Shown: one piece after another, positions 30,865-40,118 of the stretch
How positions within the stretch are numbered: position 1 is the stretch's first letter
Layout: the number at the start of each line of letters is the position of its first letter
Assembly: GCA_045862955.1 (NCBI GenBank)
Contig: BTVI01000007.1
Span: 1-64,000 of the forward strand
Reading direction: 5' to 3'
DNA: 64,000 bases
Source: Fimbriimonadales bacterium
Lineage (GTDB): Bacteria > Armatimonadota > Fimbriimonadia > Fimbriimonadales > JABRVX01
Notes under the pieces: model-generated
Seen by the model: the letters and a program-made list of their open reading frames with translations, nothing else
What the model was told of the DNA's origin: nothing
The model's database searches: none
Program-made: the position numbers and the translations under genes

Positions 30865-31066
30865 TGCGTATCCTCCATGATGCCGCGCCCGTCGCTCCTT
30901 CGCGTGCCGAGGGCGGCTGCACGCCCCGTGGCACTGGGCCGATACCCGCTCGTTCCTTAGCGCCTCGCTACGGGACCACGGCTGTTTGCTGGCAGGTTCT
31001 TTCCACGGCTGTCAAACCTGCTACCATGCAAAGTTGCCGGGTTTGTGCAGGGTCCCACGCGTAGTT

Positions 31067-31098
31067 GGGCGCCTCGGCCCGCTCGGGCCGAGGCGCCC
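31067..31098. terminator. Hairpin between the flagellin genes
   Basis: GGGCGCCTCGGCCCG..CGGGCCGAGGCGCCC. Confidence 0.6.
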
Positions 31099-31121
31099 TT
31101 CCTTCTGCTGCCGTGAAAGGC

Positions 31122-32579
31122 CTACCGCAGCAGCAACAACACCGTCTGAGGCGCTGCGTTTGCCTGAGCTAACACCGATAGGCCCGACTGCTGGAGGATC
31201 TGCAGCTTCGTGAAGTTGGTGATCTCCTGGGCTACGTCTAGGTCGCGAATCTGCGACTCCGTCGCCGAAAGGTTCTCTTTGGCGACACCCAGGGACCGAA
31301 TGGACGACTCGAGGACGTTGCGCTGGAACGAGCCGATGTCCGCCCGAAGCGACGACACCTTCTCGATGGCAGCGTCGATGATCGAGAGCGCTTCCGTCGC
31401 ACCAGCCGACGTCGTGACGTCGATCGTGCTTAGGTTCTTACCCGAAACCACCGTCGACCCGAGCTGCGACGATGCAATGTTCGCTAGCGAAAGCGAAGTC
31501 GTGTTGTTCGCGTTCGCACCGATCTGGAACTGCGCGCTGCCCGCGGTGACCTGGGCCACTACCGAGGCGGTGGTGCCGAGCGAGCTGTTACCCTGTTCTG
31601 TAAGTAGAATCACATTCCCATACAGGTCCGTCAGCCGAAGCCCGCTGTCCGTAGCGTTCCGACCTCCTGTAAAGGTAACCGTCTCCGCACCCGACGACGT
31701 CGTCACCGTGACGCTTACCACCGCGTCTCGAGCCGTCGCCGTCACCGAGTCTGCCGTCGCCAGCAAGTCCTCCTTGTCGTACAAGGTGATGCTGTAGTTG
31801 CTCCCGTAGTTCGTCTGGTTCAGCTTGACGAAGATTTGCGTGGAGGTCGCAAACGACGCCTCCGCAGTCACCCCGGTGACACTACTCTTCAAGTTGATCT
31901 TGTTGATGATCTCCTGAAGTGTCTCCGTACCGTTCGAGGTGATGGAAACGCCGTTCAGCACGAAGGTGCCCGCAGCCACGACGCTCGTCAGAGCACCGTA
32001 AGTCACGTTCAGCGTCGTCGAAGCACGAGTGGCACTCGTAACCAAAGCGGCCGACACCACGCCATCCGACTGCACCGCGTTCCCGTTGAACGTACCGCCG
32101 AGGCTGATTGCTGCTACCTTATCCGTATCCACCACGTTGGCCGTAATGCCCGACGAGCCGTCCAGCAGCTTCTTGCCGCCGAACTGAGTGGTGGAAGCAA
32201 TCCTGTCAATCGTAGCCAGGATCGAGGCGATCTGGTTCTGATTGGCCTGCAGAGCAGCCGAATCCAAGACGCCGGTGTTCGACGAAGCAACTGCCAACGC
32301 GCGCGCATCGCGCAACAGCCGGCTCACCTCGTCCAGAGCCCCCTCGGCCGTCTTGGCAAAGCTGGTCGCGTCCTGCGCGTTCCGAACGGCCTGGTCAATG
32401 CTGCCTATCTGCGCGCGCAGGCTTTCCGAAATGATGAGTCCCGCAGGGTCGTCCGAGGCGTTCGAAATCCGAAGACCGGTCGAAAGCCTCGTCACACTCT
32501 TGGCAAACTCAGTCTCTGCCAGACCGAGATTCCGCAAAGCGTTGAGTGCCGACGTGTTCGTGTTGATCCTGAAACCCAA
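31122..32579 (-). CDS. fliC: Flagellin paralogue (485 aa)
   Basis: TTG start at 32579 with SD GGAGGAG gives MGFRINTN and the same length as the neighbour. Confidence 0.95.
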   Translation of the reverse strand: MGFRINTNTSALNALRNLGLAETEFAKSVTRLSTGLRISNASDDPAGLIISESLRAQIGSIDQAVRNAQDATSFAKTAEGALDEVSRLLRDARALAVASSNTGVLDSAALQANQNQIASILATIDRIASTTQFGGKKLLDGSSGITANVVDTDKVAAISLGGTFNGNAVQSDGVVSAALVTSATRASTTLNVTYGALTSVVAAGTFVLNGVSITSNGTETLQEIINKINLKSSVTGVTAEASFATSTQIFVKLNQTNYGSNYSITLYDKEDLLATADSVTATARDAVVSVTVTTSSGAETVTFTGGRNATDSGLRLTDLYGNVILLTEQGNSSLGTTASVVAQVTAGSAQFQIGANANNTTSLSLANIASSQLGSTVVSGKNLSTIDVTTSAGATEALSIIDAAIEKVSSLRADIGSFQRNVLESSIRSLGVAKENLSATESQIRDLDVAQEITNFTKLQILQQSGLSVLAQANAAPQTVLLLLR

Positions 32580-32830
32580 TGGTCTCCTCCGTGATAGGTT
32601 TCTTTGCCCGACCGGCCTTAGTCGCGGTTCGCATGGGCCATGCAAGGGCCATGCGGCCGTCGCGACCTCGGACATCCGATGTCCCTGCCCGCGACGTTCA
32701 GCGTATGTTCAAACGGCCAGTCGTTGGGCTTTTCGTACAGGGAGTTCCACGGGGAGCACATGCCGGAGACCCGCACGGCTGCGAGGGTTTGTCTCGAGGG
32801 GTCCAAAGCACGCATGTCAGCGGGGAGGGT

Positions 32831-32860
32831 TTGACCGCAAAGGCGTTCCCGCTCCATAAT
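32831..32860 (+). promoter_or_regulatory. Sigma70-like promoter TTGACC-N18-CATAAT
   Basis: Direct match upstream of the macro/GT2/oxidoreductase genes. Confidence 0.5.
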
Positions 32861-32913
32861 TCGCAATTGAGGGGAGCAGCAGATGAGCCGCAACTTCGCA
32901 TCCGATATCTCCG

Positions 32914-33708
32914 ATGTTCACCGTGAAGGTCCGCACGGGCTGGGACGTACCGCAGATGCGTAACATGCTCCAGCGGCAGATCGACCTCGCTCCACCTGCC
33001 GCTGTGTGGGCTTTCGTAGACCCGAGCTCGGCGGTCATGTTCCTCTTCCTGGTGCTGGTCCTGCCGGTGGTGCTCATCCTGGCCGCTGTCGGCTGCTGGT
33101 GGCGCTACCTGCGCCTCCGCGTATCATGGGTGGCCAGCCTGGACGGGGTCAAAGTCGAGCTGTTCAACAGCCCTCCCACCTACCTTAAGAAGATCCCCGG
33201 TGATGCGCTGCTCGTTCCCGTGGCGGCAGACGCCTGGATCGGGCGCTGCATGACCAAGATCGTGCGCGATCAGGGTGGTGATATCATCCAAGAGGAACTG
33301 CACGCTTCCGGACCGATGGCGCAGGGTGAGGTCCGAGTAGTCACAGGGGGCAAGCTGAAGGCGAGAAACGTCATTGCCTACCGGATGTACGACGACGAGA
33401 ACCGTGTCACGCCCAGCCTCGCCGCAAGCGCTTTGGATGCGGCGATCACGGCTGCCGAGGAACTCGGAGCGCGCGAGCTGATCGTCGTGGACTTCTCCCC
33501 AGCATTCGCCTATTCGCGAGACAGGCGCGACGGCGGTTTCACGGCGCGTATCGTGTTGGAAGCCGTGCGACGACACCGGCGTTCGCTGCGGACGGTCCGC
33601 GTCTTCATCCCCGAGCACTGGAGCTACGTTCAGTGGCTCGCGGAGGTCCGGAGCGCAGCCCGCGCTGGCACGCGATCGCAACCCGCGCAAGGTACTTCAG
33701 CTCTCTAG
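32914..33708 (+). CDS. Membrane-anchored macro-domain-like protein (start uncertain)
   Basis: TM helix, then GDALLVP, QGGDIIQEE, GEVRVVTGGKLKARNVI. Confidence 0.65.
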   Translation: MFTVKVRTGWDVPQMRNMLQRQIDLAPPAAVWAFVDPSSAVMFLFLVLVLPVVLILAAVGCWWRYLRLRVSWVASLDGVKVELFNSPPTYLKKIPGDALLVPVAADAWIGRCMTKIVRDQGGDIIQEELHASGPMAQGEVRVVTGGKLKARNVIAYRMYDDENRVTPSLAASALDAAITAAEELGARELIVVDFSPAFAYSRDRRDGGFTARIVLEAVRRHRRSLRTVRVFIPEHWSYVQWLAEVRSAARAGTRSQPAQGTSAL

Positions 33709-33794
33709 CCCAGAAAGCTGCAGCGGCACCTCCGATTCGGACGCTACCGGGCCGATGATCCCTTTGGAGAATCCGCTAGGGAAAGGATCGGTCC

Positions 33795-34568
33795 ATGCGT
33801 ACGGAAATCATGCCCGCGCGTCGCCTGGCGTCGCTCAGCATCGTGCTGCCAGCACACAACGAGGTGGACAACATCGAGCCCCTTGTTGCAGAAGCCTCCC
33901 AGGTTGCGCCACGACTCGCGAACCGACACGAGGTCATCGTGGTGGACGACGGCTCCACCGACGGAACAGGCGAGTTGGCAGAAGAGCTCGCTCATGACTA
34001 TGCGGGGGTACGCGTGGTCCACAACTGGCCCAACCGTGGGTACGGCGGTGCCCTCAAGGCCGGCTTCGCAGCGGCAACCAGCGAGTGGGTTTTCTTCACC
34101 GACGGGGACCGACAGTTTCGGCTCGACGAGTTGCCCCGGTTCGTGGCCGCGTCCTCGCAAGCAGAACTCGTCATCGGCTATCGTCTTCGACGCAGTGACC
34201 CGCTGCACCGCCTGCTGAACGCGTGGCTCTACAAGCGGTTCATTCAGTGTCTGTTCGGCCTTCGGGTCCGGGACATCGACTGTGCTTACAAGCTAATTCG
34301 CCGCTCGGTGCTGGATGCTGCGGCGCTGGAGTCCGAGGGGGCACTCATTAGTGCGGAACTGCTGGTGAAGTCGCTCCGAATGGGCTGCCGGATCGTCGAG
34401 CTCGGCGTCCACCACTATCCGCGGACCGCGGGCAGGCAATCGGGCGCTAACCTGGGAGTGATCCTAAGAATGTTCCGCGAGGTCCGTGCGCTCCACGGAA
34501 AGATCCGGGCATTCGAGGCCCGGGCAGCTGTCGAGCCGGCAGACGCTGGTGCGGAGAAGGTGGCTTGA
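33795..34568 (+). CDS. GT2 glycosyltransferase (DPM1/GtrB-like)
   Basis: SIVLPAHNE, VVDDGSTDGT, NRGYGGA, FTDGD, DIDCAYK. Confidence 0.92.
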   Translation: MRTEIMPARRLASLSIVLPAHNEVDNIEPLVAEASQVAPRLANRHEVIVVDDGSTDGTGELAEELAHDYAGVRVVHNWPNRGYGGALKAGFAAATSEWVFFTDGDRQFRLDELPRFVAASSQAELVIGYRLRRSDPLHRLLNAWLYKRFIQCLFGLRVRDIDCAYKLIRRSVLDAAALESEGALISAELLVKSLRMGCRIVELGVHHYPRTAGRQSGANLGVILRMFREVRALHGKIRAFEARAAVEPADAGAEKVA

Positions 34569-35914
34569 GCAAGCCCGAACACGTCGTCGTTGCCGGTGGC
34601 GGCTTCGCCGGCCTCGGCGTCGCGTACGGCTTGGCCGAGCGCGGAGTCGCGGTGACGCTGTGCGAGGCGGACTCCGAACTGGGTGGGCTGGCGGGCACAT
34701 TTCCTGTCGGCAACGTGCGCCTCGAGAAGTTCTATCACCACTGGTTCACATCCGATGCAGTGGCGCTGGAGATCGTGCATCGCCTCGGCCTCGGCGAGGA
34801 CCTCGTGCGAAAACCCACGTACACTGGCTCATGGTACAGCGGCCGAGTGCACCGGTTGTCTACTCCTTTCGATCTGCTTCGCTTCAGCCCGTTGCCTCTG
34901 GCGGACCGCGTGCGTCTCGCCCGTTTGGTGCTCAGGGCGCGTGCAACGGAGGAGTGGCGAGATCTGGAGCACATCACCGCTCGCGAGTGGCTGATTCGCC
35001 TCGGCGGAGAGCGCGTGTACCGCGTGGTGTGGGAGCCTTTGCTCCGAGGCAAGTTCGGTGCATACGCCGAAGACATTGCCGCCGTGTGGATCTGGGGGAA
35101 GCTGCGGCTGCGGGGCGGCTCCAGGGGTCGCAATCGCCAAGAGGAGCTTCTCTACTTGCGAGGGGGCTTCGGTCGCCTGGCACAAGCTATTGCCGATCGC
35201 ATCGTGGCACGGGGCGGGGAAGTACGCCTCGGAGTGCCGGTTACCCAGGTGCTAATGAACAACGGGCACGCCGTGGGCGTTCGCCTCGCAGAAGGCACCG
35301 AACTTCATGGCGATGCCGTAGTCCTCACCATGGCTCCCCAGCAGGCACTCTCCCTGCTGCCGTGCGTGCCACAGCATCTGGGCGCACAGCTCGCGGCCAT
35401 CCCGTACCTCGCGGCTCAGTGTCTAGTCCTCGAACTCGACCGCAGCCTTTCTGAAGCCTACTGGCTCAACGTCACCGACACCGATGCACCCTTCGTCGGC
35501 GTCATCGAGCACACCAACTTCGAGCCACCGGCGAACTATGCTGGCAGGCACATCGTCTACCTCTCCAAGTACTTGCCTGTGGATCACCCCGACTATCTGG
35601 CATCGGAGGCTACCGTAACCTCCAGGTACCTCGAACACCTCGGGCGAATGTTCCCGTCCCTTCGCGATGATTGGATTCTCCGCACCAGCCTCTGGCGCGC
35701 ACGCTACGCGCAACCGGTGGTGCTCACCGATTACCGGAGCCGTATCCCTCCCGTTCAGACCGAGGTCAAAGGGCTGTGGCTGTGCAACATGGCTCAGGTC
35801 TATCCGGAAGATAGGGGCACCAACTACGCCCTGAAGTACGGGCTCGAGTGCGCTGAGCGACTGCTGCGCTCGAAGGTGTCGCCGCCGAAGGAGTCGCTTC
35901 TTGTGGTGAGTTAG
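34565..35914 (+). CDS. FAD-dependent oxidoreductase (amine oxidase/protoporphyrinogen oxidase-like)
   Basis: GGGFAG Rossmann, LGGLA, EKFYHH, QVYPEDRG.NY. Confidence 0.88.
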   Translation: MSKPEHVVVAGGGFAGLGVAYGLAERGVAVTLCEADSELGGLAGTFPVGNVRLEKFYHHWFTSDAVALEIVHRLGLGEDLVRKPTYTGSWYSGRVHRLSTPFDLLRFSPLPLADRVRLARLVLRARATEEWRDLEHITAREWLIRLGGERVYRVVWEPLLRGKFGAYAEDIAAVWIWGKLRLRGGSRGRNRQEELLYLRGGFGRLAQAIADRIVARGGEVRLGVPVTQVLMNNGHAVGVRLAEGTELHGDAVVLTMAPQQALSLLPCVPQHLGAQLAAIPYLAAQCLVLELDRSLSEAYWLNVTDTDAPFVGVIEHTNFEPPANYAGRHIVYLSKYLPVDHPDYLASEATVTSRYLEHLGRMFPSLRDDWILRTSLWRARYAQPVVLTDYRSRIPPVQTEVKGLWLCNMAQVYPEDRGTNYALKYGLECAERLLRSKVSPPKESLLVVS

Positions 35915-35930
35915 TCTCTCCCAGATGAAC

Positions 35931-35963
35931 GAGAAGGCCCCGGCACCGAGGTGCGGGGCCTCT
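35931..35963. terminator. Hairpin between convergent genes
   Basis: GAGAAGGCCCCGGCACC-GA-GGTGCGGGGCCTCTC imperfect stem. Confidence 0.5.
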
Positions 35964-35993
35964 CCCATGAGGTTCCTGATCCGACGGCCGAGA

Positions 35994-37874
35994 CTAGTTG
36001 TCGCCAGCCTTGCCGAAGTTCACGAGAACGATGTTCAGGTCGGCCAAGCCCACCGAACCACTGCCGTCGTAGTCACCAGAGCCGCTGCTACCAAAGTTGA
36101 GCAAGACCAAGTTCAGGTCACTCAGCTCGACCTGGTTGCTGCCATTTCCGTCACCGCAGGTGAGATTGACGGTGCCGACGTTGTTGGAGCCGCCAACCAG
36201 CGCCACGTTGCCCAACCTCTTCCACAGATAGTTGGGGGCGCCGAAGCGCAGGTCGTAGTTGCCGGGGCCGAGAGACAGCGTGGTGGTGAAGTTGCCGGAG
36301 CCGTCCAGAGTGAGCGACTTGGTCTCTAGCACGGTGCCGCCACCGACCGCGTACACCTGCAGGGTGCCGGTCACGCTGCCGACGTTCACGTGGAACTCCA
36401 GCCCGAGCTTCCCGCTCACCTGCACAGAGGTCGGAATGAGCTGGGAGATGTGTATCTTGTAGGCTTCCTTGGTGTTTGCCGGGTGAGAAGCGTTGTTCGG
36501 GGGGTCGGCGTTAGGGTTATAACCGACGATGCCACCGGTCAAGTACACGTAGCCGCTCACGGGGTCCAGACCGACCGCCACGTTCGCGCCCTTGTAAGGC
36601 ATCTTCACACTGGAGACGGTCCAGGTGTCGGTCACCGTGTCATAGATCTGAATGTCGTCCAACACGGTGGCATAGTCGGCCTCGGTCATGGTGCCACCGA
36701 AGGCGATGAGGTAGCGATCCTGATACGCGATCGCAGAGGCCCGCCAGCCGGTCACCGGGGGCGGCGTCTTGGCAGTGATGACACCCGACAGCGGCACGTA
36801 GGCATCCAGGCGGTTGGGGCCACTCAGGATGTAAGCAGTGCCATTGATGCCGACCACGTTGGCACGCCGGTTCACGGTATACCCGCCGGCGATCGGGTCC
36901 TCGGTCCAGGTGTCGGTGGCGAAGTCGTAGACTTCCATGTTGTTGTCGAGGGTGTTCCAGACGAACTTGTTGCCGACCTGCCCACCAGCGCCACGAGCCT
37001 CACCGCCGTTCGTTACCGAAGCGCCGCTGGACCACTCGCCAGTGACCGGGTTGTAGATGTCCACGTCACCGGGCTTCCAGTTCGGATAGCCGCCGAAAAC
37101 GTAGATCTCCTTGGTGCCGTCATTGTCCTTGTCGTAGGCACCGCAGTTCGTCTGAGCGTAGCTGAAGTTGCCGTTCGATGTAAGTGGCGGGTGCGCTCCC
37201 GCGTTGTAGCCGGTAGCTACACCGCCTGGCTCCACGTCCCAGTTGTTCATGCCGGTGTGGCCTAGTGAAGTGGTGATGTAGAGCTTGTCGTTCGGGTCAT
37301 TCTGCCAAAGGTCCGGCACGTGCATCCAGCTGCAGCAGGTGCCCTCGAACACCAGATAGGTTACGCCGGTGTCATATACGACCTGATTGACCACCAGGCC
37401 AAACGAGTTATTCTCGCCTGCCTGGATGCCGCGTCCCGAGACGACCTTAACGAAGTCACCCGGGAACACCGTGGTGGTCAGGTCGCCGAGGAGATAGACC
37501 GAGAGTGCATCGTTGTAGACGACATCACCCGTGTTGACGAGGAGGTCCTGGGTGCCTGCAGTCTCCCAGGTAGTGCCGTTGTAGGCGCTGATCTTAGACT
37601 GCCGGTTCCAGTCCCAGGCGCGGGTCCCTTCCTTCAGCTGCACGCGGTCGCTGCCGACGCCCCAGCTCAGGTCGAACATTCCGTACCCGCCGATGACCCA
37701 GAACTTGCCGTTGGCAAACGTGCTGGCCGAGCCCATGGTCGGCACAGCATAGCTGCCGATGGAGTCGCCGTACGACCAAGCACAGGGGTCGTCCGCGATC
37801 TGTGTCCACTGCGCCACGGCCGAACCGCACAGGGCCGCCGCGACGAGCAGGATGGAGATACCTCGTCCTACCAT
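35994..37874 (-). CDS. Secreted Kelch beta-propeller + Ig-like + dockerin-like protein (paralogue 1)
   Basis: SD GAAAGGAG; signal peptide AVA-QW; Kelch GG...YD..TDTW repeats; tail GDGNGSNQVELSDL...GDYDGSGSVGLADL. Confidence 0.85.
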   Translation of the reverse strand: MVGRGISILLVAAALCGSAVAQWTQIADDPCAWSYGDSIGSYAVPTMGSASTFANGKFWVIGGYGMFDLSWGVGSDRVQLKEGTRAWDWNRQSKISAYNGTTWETAGTQDLLVNTGDVVYNDALSVYLLGDLTTTVFPGDFVKVVSGRGIQAGENNSFGLVVNQVVYDTGVTYLVFEGTCCSWMHVPDLWQNDPNDKLYITTSLGHTGMNNWDVEPGGVATGYNAGAHPPLTSNGNFSYAQTNCGAYDKDNDGTKEIYVFGGYPNWKPGDVDIYNPVTGEWSSGASVTNGGEARGAGGQVGNKFVWNTLDNNMEVYDFATDTWTEDPIAGGYTVNRRANVVGINGTAYILSGPNRLDAYVPLSGVITAKTPPPVTGWRASAIAYQDRYLIAFGGTMTEADYATVLDDIQIYDTVTDTWTVSSVKMPYKGANVAVGLDPVSGYVYLTGGIVGYNPNADPPNNASHPANTKEAYKIHISQLIPTSVQVSGKLGLEFHVNVGSVTGTLQVYAVGGGTVLETKSLTLDGSGNFTTTLSLGPGNYDLRFGAPNYLWKRLGNVALVGGSNNVGTVNLTCGDGNGSNQVELSDLNLVLLNFGSSGSGDYDGSGSVGLADLNIVLVNFGKAGDN

Positions 37875-37922
37875 CAGAATTCGATGCTCCTTTCTCGATG
37901 AAGGCCTGTAGGCTTTGCCGTT

Positions 37923-37928
37923 ATTATA
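37923..37928 (-). promoter_or_regulatory. Perfect -10 (TATAAT) of Kelch gene 1
   Basis: About 50 nt upstream of start; equivalents at 39992, 42032 and 44146. Confidence 0.55.
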
Positions 37929-38037
37929 TCGCACTCTCGTTCACGAAGCAGCAGTCGAGCAGAGCAGAATTGCCAGAATCGGCTGAATTTCAAGGGGAAG
38001 GGTCTAAAGACCCTGGTACCGAAGTGTGCGAAAAGAG

Positions 38038-38066
38038 CGGTCCAGTGCCCGCTGGGCACTGGACCG
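38038..38066 (-). terminator. Intrinsic terminator after Kelch gene 2
   Basis: CGGTCCAGTGCCC/GGGCACTGGACCG followed on minus strand by CTCTTTT. Confidence 0.65.
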
Positions 38067-38095
38067 TAAGTTACTCTAGTAGCGGTTGTTGGCGA

Positions 38096-39940
38096 CTAGT
38101 TGTCGCCCGTCTTTCCGAAGTTGACGAGAACGATGTTCAGATCGGCCAGGCCAACCGAACCACTGCCGTCGTAGTCACCTGCGCCGGTGCCACCGAAGTT
38201 GATGAGCACCTGGTTCAGGTCACCCAGATCGATCTGGTTGTTGGCATTGCCGTCGCCACACGTGAGATTGACGGTTCCGACGTTGTTCGGGCCGCTGGAG
38301 AGGTTGACGTTGGTTAGCCTCTTCCACAGGTAGTTCGGTGCACCGAACCGCAGGTCGTACGTTCCGGGGCTGACGCCGAGGTCCACATTGAAGTTGCCCG
38401 ACCCATCGAGGGTCAGAGACTTCGTCTCGATGAGACCGCCGCCAAACGGGCTGTAAACCTGCAGTGTCCCGGTAACCAGCGCCGGATTGAGATGGAACTC
38501 GAGACCCAGCGTGCCGCTGACGGAAACGGCAGTCGGGATGATTTGGGAGATGTGGGTCTTGTAGGCCCAGTTTCTCCACGTAACCGTCTCGTCCAGGCCG
38601 TCTGCGTAGTAGATTGTCCCATCGGGGGCAAGGCCGACCGCGGGGGTGGTTGCCTTGTATGGACAGGTCACTGGCGACACGGTCCAAGTATCGTTCTCCG
38701 TGTCGTAGATCTGAATGGCGTCCGTGGCGGAAGCCGCCCCTGATCCGGTGCGACCACCGAACAGCAGAATGTACTTACCGTACTTGATCGTGGAGCACTG
38801 GTTGCCAGTCACTGGCGGCGGGGTCTTCTTGACCCAGTTACCACTGAATAGGTCTACCACGAGGGTCGTCAGAGGGTCACCGCCGACCCAACCCCAGAAC
38901 ACGTACATGGTGTTGCCGATGACCTCTACGTTGCGCATGAAAGACATGCTGGGGTCGGCGAGGTCACACTGAACAGCCCACTGCTCGTTCTGAAGGTCGT
39001 AGCGGAAGACCTTCCACCAAGGGCCGAGGGAAGAGTCGTCGCCCCATGTGATCCAATAGAAGTACTGGCCTTCCTGTGCACCTCCCATGCGCTGCACGTC
39101 GATGCCGCCAACTAGGGTGCCGATGTCGCCACCGCCTCGGCGCCAGGAGTTGGCCGCCGGGTCGTAGATGTCCACGTTGTTGGGAATCCAGTGCGGATAG
39201 CCGTTGAACAAGAAGATCTCCTTGACGCCATCGCCGTTCTGATCCCAGGCCGCCGTGCTGTTGGTGTATGCCTGGTAGCCGTGCGATTCGAACGGTGCGA
39301 TCTGGTCACGAGAGTCGTTCAGACCGGTAAGGCCGACAGTGCTTACCCGATAGAACTTGGTAGGTCCGCCGATCCAGTACTCGCATACTCCCTCGAACCA
39401 ATAGGTTCGCTCGAAGGTGACGATGCACAGACCCAGATCGTAGACCACGGAAAGCACCTTGCCGTAGCAGGCTCCGGTCGGGGTGCCAGAGCCGTCTTCA
39501 GCTACGCACTTGATCCAGTCGCCAGGAAAGATGACGCCGGTCAGGTCGTCGAGAGTTGACAGGCTCTCAGGGTCGTTATACGCGGTGTCCGCGGACGCAA
39601 CGAGAAGAGCCTGAGCTCCGGCAGTCTCCCAGGCGTCGGTGACCGGATCGTAGATGCTGGCCTTGGAGTGTCGGTTGTCCGTGGCCCAGTTCTTCTCGCG
39701 GCCCCAGTATCCGAGCTCTTTGTAGGGGGTTATTCCGCTGCGACCGCCGAGAACGTAGAACTTGTTGTTAGCAAACGTGTTGAAGGTGCGATAGACGTAG
39801 AGCACCTGAGTATCGGTAGGCGTGAAGATGCTGTCTCCGTAGGCCCAAACGGACGGATCATTCGGGATTGCCGTCCACTGGGCAGTGGCGATGCCGGCCG
39901 CAGATGCGAGCAGCAACGCCGTGATACTCCATCGTACCAT
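38096..39940 (-). CDS. Secreted Kelch + Ig-like + dockerin-like protein (paralogue 2)
   Basis: Same architecture; SD GAAAGGAG. Confidence 0.85.
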   Translation of the reverse strand: MVRWSITALLLASAAGIATAQWTAIPNDPSVWAYGDSIFTPTDTQVLYVYRTFNTFANNKFYVLGGRSGITPYKELGYWGREKNWATDNRHSKASIYDPVTDAWETAGAQALLVASADTAYNDPESLSTLDDLTGVIFPGDWIKCVAEDGSGTPTGACYGKVLSVVYDLGLCIVTFERTYWFEGVCEYWIGGPTKFYRVSTVGLTGLNDSRDQIAPFESHGYQAYTNSTAAWDQNGDGVKEIFLFNGYPHWIPNNVDIYDPAANSWRRGGGDIGTLVGGIDVQRMGGAQEGQYFYWITWGDDSSLGPWWKVFRYDLQNEQWAVQCDLADPSMSFMRNVEVIGNTMYVFWGWVGGDPLTTLVVDLFSGNWVKKTPPPVTGNQCSTIKYGKYILLFGGRTGSGAASATDAIQIYDTENDTWTVSPVTCPYKATTPAVGLAPDGTIYYADGLDETVTWRNWAYKTHISQIIPTAVSVSGTLGLEFHLNPALVTGTLQVYSPFGGGLIETKSLTLDGSGNFNVDLGVSPGTYDLRFGAPNYLWKRLTNVNLSSGPNNVGTVNLTCGDGNANNQIDLGDLNQVLINFGGTGAGDYDGSGSVGLADLNIVLVNFGKTGDN

Positions 39941-40060
39941 CGGAAGTGTACGCTCCTTTCCTATCTGCGGGCCGCTCTGGCCCTCGTTCTAATTATAACG
40001 CAGCTTTCGTCCTTCGTTGCGTGTACTAGCCGGCATTCGCGGAAAGGAGCGATGAGAATC

Positions 40061-40087
40061 GGCCCGGCGCCTTGCAGGCGCCGGGCC
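40061..40087. terminator. Hairpin after Kelch gene 3
   Basis: GGCCCGGCGCC/GGCGCCGGGCC. Confidence 0.5.
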
Positions 40088-40118
40088 ATGCTCTTATCCA
40101 GTGAGCAAAGGCTTGGGT

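Noticed and set aside
30865..32830. c-di-GMP riboswitch or sigma-28 promoter upstream of the flagellins
   Set aside because: No convincing GEMM core; only weak, inconsistently spaced AAAG...GCCGT matches
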